A stretch of 64,000 nt of DNA from Candidatus Sumerlaeales bacterium (lineage in GTDB: Bacteria > Sumerlaeota > Sumerlaeia > Sumerlaeales > Sumerlaeaceae), in the NCBI GenBank assembly GCA_038243585.1, contig JBBSQY010000012.1:3314-67313 (forward strand). Direction: 5' to 3'. Below, one piece after another: positions 62,255 to 64,000 of this stretch. Within the stretch, counting starts at the first letter, position 1. Every line of letters starts with the position of its first letter. The position numbers and the translations under genes were made by a program. The notes under the pieces are model-generated. The model worked only from the letters and a program-made list of their open reading frames with translations. It had not been told where the DNA came from and ran no database searches.

Positions 62255-64000
62255 TTACACCGCGGCCACTACCGGTTTTACTTCAGGCCCCGCGTTTACG
62301 GCCTCTTCGGGGCCGTAATCTGGCACAAGGTCGGGGAGTTTGGTTCTAATTCCCTGGGCATCATTCGCCTCTGCGAGCCGCTCAAGCTCCGCCAGCTGGC
62401 GTCGTAGTGTATCGACATCGACCTCTTCCGGCTGGGTTACAAAGATTTTTCCGATGTCGGTGCTCTTCACGTCCTCGCCATCGGTCAGAAGTTCTTCCTT
62501 CAGCTTTTCTCCCGGTCGCAGACCGGTAAAGACGATCTTAATATCTTTGTCGGGCTCAAAGCCGCTTAAGCGAATCAGGTTGCGCGCCAGATCCTCGATA
62601 CGGACCGGCTGTCCCATATCGAGTAGAAAAAGATGACGTTGTTGATTCAGGCTGCCTGCCTGGATCACCAGAGAGACTGCCTCTGGAATGGTCATAAAGT
62701 AGCGCGTTACGTCGGGGCTCGTGATGGTAATTGGTCCGCCCGCCGCTATCTGTTTTTTGAACAGAGGAACTACGCTGCCCCGGCTGCCGAGTACGTTTCC
62801 AAACCGGACGGCCATAAATTTTGTGGAGGAAGTGCGCGCCAGGGAAAAGACGATCATTTCCGCCAGACGTTTGGTGGCCCCCATTACATTGGTCGGGCGA
62901 ACGGCTTTGTCGGAGCTGATCAGGATGAAACGGTCCGCACCGAATTCGTCTGCCAGTCGCGCCACATTCCGCGTGCCTGTCACGTTATTTTTGACGGCCT
63001 CTTCCGGGTGGGCTTCCATGAGCGGAACATGCTTGTGGGCGGCGGCGTGGAAGAAAATGGCCGGACGGTAGCGCTCGACGATGCTCCGCAGCTTCGCGGC
63101 GTCTCGGATGTCGCCAATGACGGGGTGGATCAGGTCTGCGTGTTCTCCCCGTTTAAGTTCCTGGGTAATTTCGTAAATGGAGTTTTCGCCGTGGCCATAC
63201 ATGATGATACCCGCGGGTTCGAGACTCAACAGTTGCCGACAAAGCTCGCTGCCTATGGACCCACCGGCGCCGGTGATCATGATCATCTTGCCGCGCACAT
63301 AATTGCTTTCATCGGTCAGGGTCAATTTGACCGGATCGCGGCCCAGCAAATCTTCGATTTCGACAGGGCGAATCTGGTTCAGGCTCACCCTGCCGCTCAT
63401 TACGTCATGTACGGATGGCAGAATCTGAAACCGCACATTGGCATCGGCGCAGGCGGATACGATCTCGCGCAGCTTTTCTGGCGATATACCTTTTAGTGCG
63501 ACAAGGACATCTTCCACCTGGTGGCGGCGGATGATGCGGCCGATGTCGGACAGTCCACCCTCTACCGTCAGACCGTGGATACGCAGTGACTGCTTTTCTT
63601 TATCATCGTCAACCATGGCCACCGGTTTCCATGGACGATTAGGGCTGGCATTTATCTGCCGAAGGGCCGTGTCTGCAAGATCTCCTGCGCCCACTATGAG
63701 CAGGCGACGAGGCCGCTGTGCGCCAGTTTCTTCTGCGATATTGAGAACCTGATAGATAAGAATGCGCCGGGAGAATCGGACAAATGCCACGCCGAGAAGG
63801 CTCAAAACCCCTTCAAGAACCAGCACCGCCATGGGTACTCGTCCTTCTATTCCGCGGAAGTATGTGGCCAAGGGTTCCACGAGCCAGGTTTCCAACGGGA
63901 GGCGTTCATATATAAGATTCAGGCCGAACAGGATAGCTGTGCCGACAGCTACAGACGCGCTTATTGCCAGCATTTCTCCGAGGCCCGCATATCGCAGTAC
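62255..64000 (-). CDS. Polysaccharide biosynthesis protein, CapD/PglF/WbpM-like membrane-bound NDP-sugar 4,6-dehydratase; the 5' end probably lies beyond the window
   Basis: The motifs are MITGAGGSIGSEL, FFHAAAHKHVPLME and ISSDKAVRPTNVMGATK. The reading frame remains open from 63973 to the right edge. Confidence 0.85.
   Translation of the reverse strand, partial: VLRYAGLGEMLAISASVAVGTAILFGLNLIYERLPLETWLVEPLATYFRGIEGRVPMAVLVLEGVLSLLGVAFVRFSRRILIYQVLNIAEETGAQRPRRLLIVGAGDLADTALRQINASPNRPWKPVAMVDDDKEKQSLRIHGLTVEGGLSDIGRIIRRHQVEDVLVALKGISPEKLREIVSACADANVRFQILPSVHDVMSGRVSLNQIRPVEIEDLLGRDPVKLTLTDESNYVRGKMIMITGAGGSIGSELCRQLLSLEPAGIIMYGHGENSIYEITQELKRGEHADLIHPVIGDIRDAAKLRSIVERYRPAIFFHAAAHKHVPLMEAHPEEAVKNNVTGTRNVARLADEFGADRFILISSDKAVRPTNVMGATKRLAEMIVFSLARTSSTKFMAVRFGNVLGSRGSVVPLFKKQIAAGGPITITSPDVTRYFMTIPEAVSLVIQAGSLNQQRHLFLLDMGQPVRIEDLARNLIRLSGFEPDKDIKIVFTGLRPGEKLKEELLTDGEDVKSTDIGKIFVTQPEEVDVDTLRRQLAELERLAEANDAQGIRTKLPDLVPDYGPEEAVNAGPEVKPVVAAV

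Noticed and set aside
1-64000. Search for tRNA, rRNA, CRISPR arrays, transposases, integrases and prophage structural genes
   Set aside because: I recognised no T-loop/acceptor-type tRNA signatures, rRNA segments, regularly spaced repeats or recombinase motifs by eye. The short dispersed repeats (R1 to R4) are irregularly placed and not CRISPR-like. Absence should be confirmed with tRNAscan-SE, Infernal and a CRISPR finder.

Overview
This is a 64 kb bacterial chromosomal window. GC is roughly in the mid-50s % by eye, with clearly AT-richer islands. I recognised no rRNA, tRNA, CRISPR array, transposase or integrase.

Most of the window is ordinary core and envelope genes:
- Housekeeping: trpD, trpC, rfbD, rpsA, mutS, folC, era, treS.
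- A bacteriophytochrome-GGDEF protein.
- An ArsR / DUF442 / MBL-rhodanese / TauE sulfur-detoxification operon.
- Cell-wall enzymes: M23, NlpC/P60 and amidase_3-like hydrolases, plus a GerMN protein.
- A U32 peptidase, an RND efflux pair and a CapD-like dehydratase.

The left 8.5 kb looks accessory and holds the two most unusual loci.
1. A translationally coupled minus-strand operon encodes three tandem secreted paralogs. Each has near-identical GC-rich N- and C-terminal modules around an unrelated AT-rich central cassette. A vestige of a fourth copy lies upstream, and an S8 subtilase is coupled by a GTGA overlap downstream.
2. A NERD-domain protein and an HKD (PLD-family) nuclease form a pair bracketed by direct copies of a ~100 nt structured repeat.

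Other points worth a second look:
- Two housekeeping-type genes are interrupted by single in-frame stops exactly at conserved Trp codons: folC (TGG>TGA) and a Kelch propeller (TGG>TAG).
- The Rossmann loop of rfbD is encoded upstream of any canonical start codon.
- A ~27 nt dispersed motif occurs in intergenic DNA and also in frame inside mutS and the RND adaptor.
- mutS carries an additional AT-rich ~85-codon insertion.
- Two secreted beta-helix-like paralogs share an identical SEWMLMQ C-terminus.

All calls come from hand translation and motif recognition. No database search was possible.
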